Positions 60,918 through 64,000 of a stretch of DNA of 64,000 nt are shown here, in pieces. Source of the stretch: Candidatus Aminicenantes bacterium (GTDB lineage: Bacteria; Acidobacteriota; Aminicenantia; Aminicenantales; Saccharicenantaceae); NCBI GenBank assembly GCA_963736255.1, contig CAVTOI010000002.1:1038486-1102485 (forward strand), written 5' to 3'. Within the stretch, counting starts at the first letter, position 1; each line of letters starts with the position of its first letter. A program made the translations under genes and the position numbers. A model generated the notes under the pieces. It did no database searches. It saw only the letters and a program-made list of their open reading frames with translations, and was not told the DNA's origin.

Positions 60918-60946
60918 ATTATAGCGAAAAGCCCCTGACAGCTCAA
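60918..60946 (-). promoter_or_regulatory. sigma70-like promoter for fusA
   Basis: TTGAGC-N17-TATAAT on the minus strand. Confidence 0.6.
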
Positions 60947-61054
60947 GGTCCCCTCCCGGGCGGACCAATCCCGTCCCCCGGGACTCTGTCCTGCAGAGGA
61001 GCATGGGCCCCCGTCCGGGCCGCCCGGATGCCCCCTCCTCCCCCTATGGGGTCG

Positions 61055-61070
61055 AGGCACGAAAATTGCA
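61055..61070 (+). promoter_or_regulatory. Canonical sigma54 -24/-12 promoter for the multiheme cytochrome
   Basis: AGGCACGAAAATTGCA with the GG-N10-GC spacing intact, 69 bp upstream of the ATG. Confidence 0.75.
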
Positions 61071-61139
61071 TAGATCAGGGGCAGGCTGCTTTCGCGGCCG
61101 TTATGGAGTCTGCGCCCGGAGAGGGGCGGAGGAGGCGAC

Positions 61140-62513
61140 ATGGAAGGTTTGAAGAAAGCTAAAGGGATCCTGTTCGCGATCGTTCTGTTATCCGCGGCGG
61201 CCCTCGTTTCGTGCAGCTCGAACGGGAACGGGAACGGCGACGGGGACGGGGACGTCAACGCCAAGGCCATCCCGGCGGCCAACATGACCTACGTGGCCTT
61301 CGCCTGGAACGACCTCGGCATGCACTGTCTCAATCCGACCTACGACAAGGCCGTGATCCTTCCGCCCTATAACACGGTTTGGGTCCAGGTCGTCAAGAGA
61401 GGCGATCCGCCCCAGATCGTCACGGCGGGGCTCACGGTCGAATATGCCATCCGCGGCAACACCTTTTCCTACGGCAAGCGCAGCTACGGCCAGTTCTGGG
61501 ACAACATGCCCCTTCTGTTTGGCGTGTCGCTGCCCCACAACCTGGGCCTGAACCTCGAGGACCCGGCCATCCACAACGGCCTCGCCGGCACGATGGTCGT
61601 CAAGGGCGATCATTTCCAGGTCAACGGCATGCCGGTGGTGCCCGTCAATGATGCCGGGACTTATAATCCCTACCAGATCGCCGACATCACCGTGAGGGAT
61701 TCCGGGACGAACGCCGTGCTTGTCCAGACGAGCGCGACCGTCCCGACGTCCGATGAATTCAACTGCGCCAAGTGCCATGCGGCCGGCGGCGTAGGATCGG
61801 CCCATATCCCCGGCGGCGGCGGGGCCGACGTGATGGCCAACGTGCTGGACACGCACGACGCCCTCTCAGCCACGACCCTGGCGGCATCGGCCCCCGTTCT
61901 CTGCGCCTCCTGCCACGGCAGTCCGGCCCTGGGCCAGACCGGTCCGGGGACATCGGGCTTCTATCTGTCACGGGCCATCCACGGCTACCATGCTACGCGC
62001 GAGGCGGCCTGTTACGATTGCCATCCCGGTCAGATCGCCAAGTGCAGCCGGAGCGTCGCCCACACGGCCGCCGACGGCAACTGCATCAGCTGCCACGGCA
62101 CGATGCAGGACGTGGCCAGCTCCATCGCGACCGGCGGACGGGTGCCGTGGGTGAACGAGCCCCAGTGCGCGACCTGCCACCCCGGCGTCGCCGAGGTCAA
62201 TACCGGGACCACGCTTTACCGGAACGCCAGCGGCCACAAGGGGATGTCCTGCCCGGCCTGCCATAGCAGCCCCCACGCCATGGTCCCTTCCTCCGAAGCC
62301 TCGGACAATGCCCAGGCCGTCCAGTACCAGACGACCGTCGCGCCGATCGGGGATTGCAAGGTCTGCCACAGCACCTCGCGCGGCGGCGGCATCAGCGAAT
62401 TCACCGAGGCCCACGGCGGCAGCCGGGCCACGGCCTGCTCAGTCTGCCATACGGCCGCCCCTTCTGCGAACGCTTCCGATTGGCCCCACCAGTTCCAGTG
62501 GAAGAGCCGCTAA
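61140..62513 (+). CDS. Octaheme cytochrome c lipoprotein
   Basis: GGAGGAGG RBS; LVSC lipobox; eight CxxCH motifs (CAKCH, CASCH, CYDCH, CISCH, CATCH, CPACH, CKVCH, CSVCH); N-terminal WNDLGMHC domain. Confidence 0.92.
   Translation: MEGLKKAKGILFAIVLLSAAALVSCSSNGNGNGDGDGDVNAKAIPAANMTYVAFAWNDLGMHCLNPTYDKAVILPPYNTVWVQVVKRGDPPQIVTAGLTVEYAIRGNTFSYGKRSYGQFWDNMPLLFGVSLPHNLGLNLEDPAIHNGLAGTMVVKGDHFQVNGMPVVPVNDAGTYNPYQIADITVRDSGTNAVLVQTSATVPTSDEFNCAKCHAAGGVGSAHIPGGGGADVMANVLDTHDALSATTLAASAPVLCASCHGSPALGQTGPGTSGFYLSRAIHGYHATREAACYDCHPGQIAKCSRSVAHTAADGNCISCHGTMQDVASSIATGGRVPWVNEPQCATCHPGVAEVNTGTTLYRNASGHKGMSCPACHSSPHAMVPSSEASDNAQAVQYQTTVAPIGDCKVCHSTSRGGGISEFTEAHGGSRATACSVCHTAAPSANASDWPHQFQWKSR
61221..61253 (+). 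repeat. In-frame hexamer tandem repeat (RACGGS) encoding an NGNGNGDGDGD linker
   Basis: AACGGG AACGGG AACGGC GACGGG GACGGG GAC just after the lipobox. Confidence 0.7.
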
Positions 62514-62554
62514 GGGAGGAGGCCTCTGTAGATAGCGCCTGAGTCGGGGGGATC

Positions 62555-62580
62555 CGCCGGGGACCTCCGGGTCCCCGGCG
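62555..62580. repeat. GC-rich hairpin with a GGGGAC/GTCCCC core (REP-like or terminator)
   Basis: CGCCGGGGACC-tccg-GGTCCCCGGCG, perfect 11-bp stem with no T-tract. Confidence 0.55.
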
Positions 62581-62662
62581 ATGCTCGGGCCTTTCCGGCC
62601 GCCGAGGGTTGAGTCCCCCGCCCATCCGGCCTATAATCCTTCGGAAGACCGAAGGAGCTCCC

Positions 62663-64000
62663 ATGAGAAGATCGATCCTGGCCCTGGCCGTGCTGTTCCT
62701 CGCCATGCCGTCCGCCGTCCCCGCGGCGCCGGCGCCGCAGCCCCCGCCGTCGTTCGATGAGTTCTTCGTCGACAAGGCCCTGCGGGTCGACCTCTACCAG
62801 ACAGGCGACGCCAAGTCCGAGACGGTCACCATCCACCAGCTCGTCGAGGAGGCGATCTGGCCCGAATCGAAGTCCGGTCTCCTTCCGCCCTTCGATTACG
62901 GCCGCTACGCCTTCAGGGTCTATGACGCCGCCTCCAACCGTCTCATCTTCTCGCGGGGCTTCGACACGATGTTCGCGGAGTACAGGACGACCTCCCCGGC
63001 GCTGGCGGGGACGGTCCGGGTCTTCGAGCGCTCCGTCAGGTTCCCGCTGCCCAAACGCCCGGTCCTTTTCGTCGTCGAGCAGCGCGACAAGCGCAACCTC
63101 TTCCACCCCGTATTCGACCGCATCATCGACCCCGCCGATTACCACATCGTCCGCGAGAAGCCCGCCTCGGCGGACTGGGTCTATGAAGCTTCCATGACGG
63201 GAGATCCGCACGACAGGGTCGACATCGTCTACCTGGCCGAAGGCTATGCCGCCGGGGACAAGGACAAGTTCAAGTCCGACGTCGACAGGATGACGGCCGC
63301 CCTGTTCGCGATCGAGCCTTACAGGTCGATGAGGGACCGCTTCAACGTCCGCGCCGTTTTCCGGGCCTCGGCCGACCGGGGCATGGACGAGCCCCGCCAG
63401 AGGTCCTACAAGAGAACCGTGCTCAGCGCCTCTTTCAACGCCTTCGATCTCGACCGCTATCTGCTCATCGAAGAGGACCACCTCATGCATGATATCGCGG
63501 CCCAGGTGCCCTACGATGTCCTGGCCGTGCTCGTCAACAGCCCGCGCTACGGCGGCGGCAGCATCGCCCTCGATTACTGCGTGTCGACGGTCGACCACCC
63601 CGCGAGCCCCCAGGTCCTCGTCCACGAGCTCGGCCACTCCTTCGCCTACCTCGCCGACGAGTATTACCAGTCCGAGGTATCCTACAACGATTTCTATCCC
63701 AAAGGCGTCGAGCCGCTCGAACCCAACATCACGGCCCTCCTCGATCCGACCCGCGTGAAATGGGCCGGCCTCCTTTCGCCCGGGATCTCCGTCCCGACGG
63801 AGTACGGCAAGGACCGGATCGAGAGCCTTCAGGCCGGCCTCCGCGACAACCGCGCCGCCTTGGGCAAGGCCCTCGAAGAGGCGAAAAAGAAGGGCTCCTC
63901 AGACAAGGAGAGGAAAGAGATCGAGGCCCGGTTCAAGACGGCCGGGGAGGCGTACGACGCCAAGATCGCGTCCGTCCGCGCGGAGTTCGCGGCCCTCACG
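62663..64000 (+). CDS. Peptidase M64 (IgA-peptidase family), 3'-truncated by the window edge
   Basis: Not in the ORF track. GAAGGAG RBS, upstream TTGAGT-17-TATAAT; MRRSILALAVL signal, FFVDKALRVD, VDIVYLAEGY, RYGGG, HELGHSFAYLADEY and EPNIT. Confidence 0.9.
   Translation, partial: MRRSILALAVLFLAMPSAVPAAPAPQPPPSFDEFFVDKALRVDLYQTGDAKSETVTIHQLVEEAIWPESKSGLLPPFDYGRYAFRVYDAASNRLIFSRGFDTMFAEYRTTSPALAGTVRVFERSVRFPLPKRPVLFVVEQRDKRNLFHPVFDRIIDPADYHIVREKPASADWVYEASMTGDPHDRVDIVYLAEGYAAGDKDKFKSDVDRMTAALFAIEPYRSMRDRFNVRAVFRASADRGMDEPRQRSYKRTVLSASFNAFDLDRYLLIEEDHLMHDIAAQVPYDVLAVLVNSPRYGGGSIALDYCVSTVDHPASPQVLVHELGHSFAYLADEYYQSEVSYNDFYPKGVEPLEPNITALLDPTRVKWAGLLSPGISVPTEYGKDRIESLQAGLRDNRAALGKALEEAKKKGSSDKERKEIEARFKTAGEAYDAKIASVRAEFAALT

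Overview
High-GC (roughly two-thirds G+C by eye), gene-dense bacterial chromosomal segment of about 55 genes. I saw no rRNA, tRNA, CRISPR array, integrase or transposase. The gene repertoire (GWxTD protein, acidobacterial-type VWA protein, kinase-TolB_N-TPR protein, many Tat-exported sugar enzymes, M16 pair, M64 peptidase) suggests Acidobacteriota, probably Aminicenantia; this is an inference. Main content: phosphate and solute transport; glycan catabolism (GH29, GH2, GH38, SSS, Tat-exported isomerases); a membrane-bound [NiFe]-hydrogenase hyaABC whose small subunit carries both supernumerary cysteines of O2-tolerant enzymes, with its maturation protease on the opposite strand; AddAB; a lipid-modification patch; a stand-alone spirochete/deltaproteobacterial-type EF-G followed by a KaiC/RecA-like ATPase; and an octaheme cytochrome c lipoprotein. 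Best leads: (1) sigma54-like -24/-12 boxes upstream of the hydrogenase, the divergent M50-CBS operon and the octaheme cytochrome; (2) an SPFH / Arc-type regulator / 23-aa membrane peptide operon with a visible operator; (3) REP/MITE-like intergenic palindromes; (4) a domain-reversed AAA_33-APH kinase; (5) a desulforedoxin-like microprotein. Two genes are broken by single-base frameshifts that look like sequencing errors. All assignments are from motif recognition by eye; no database searches were run.
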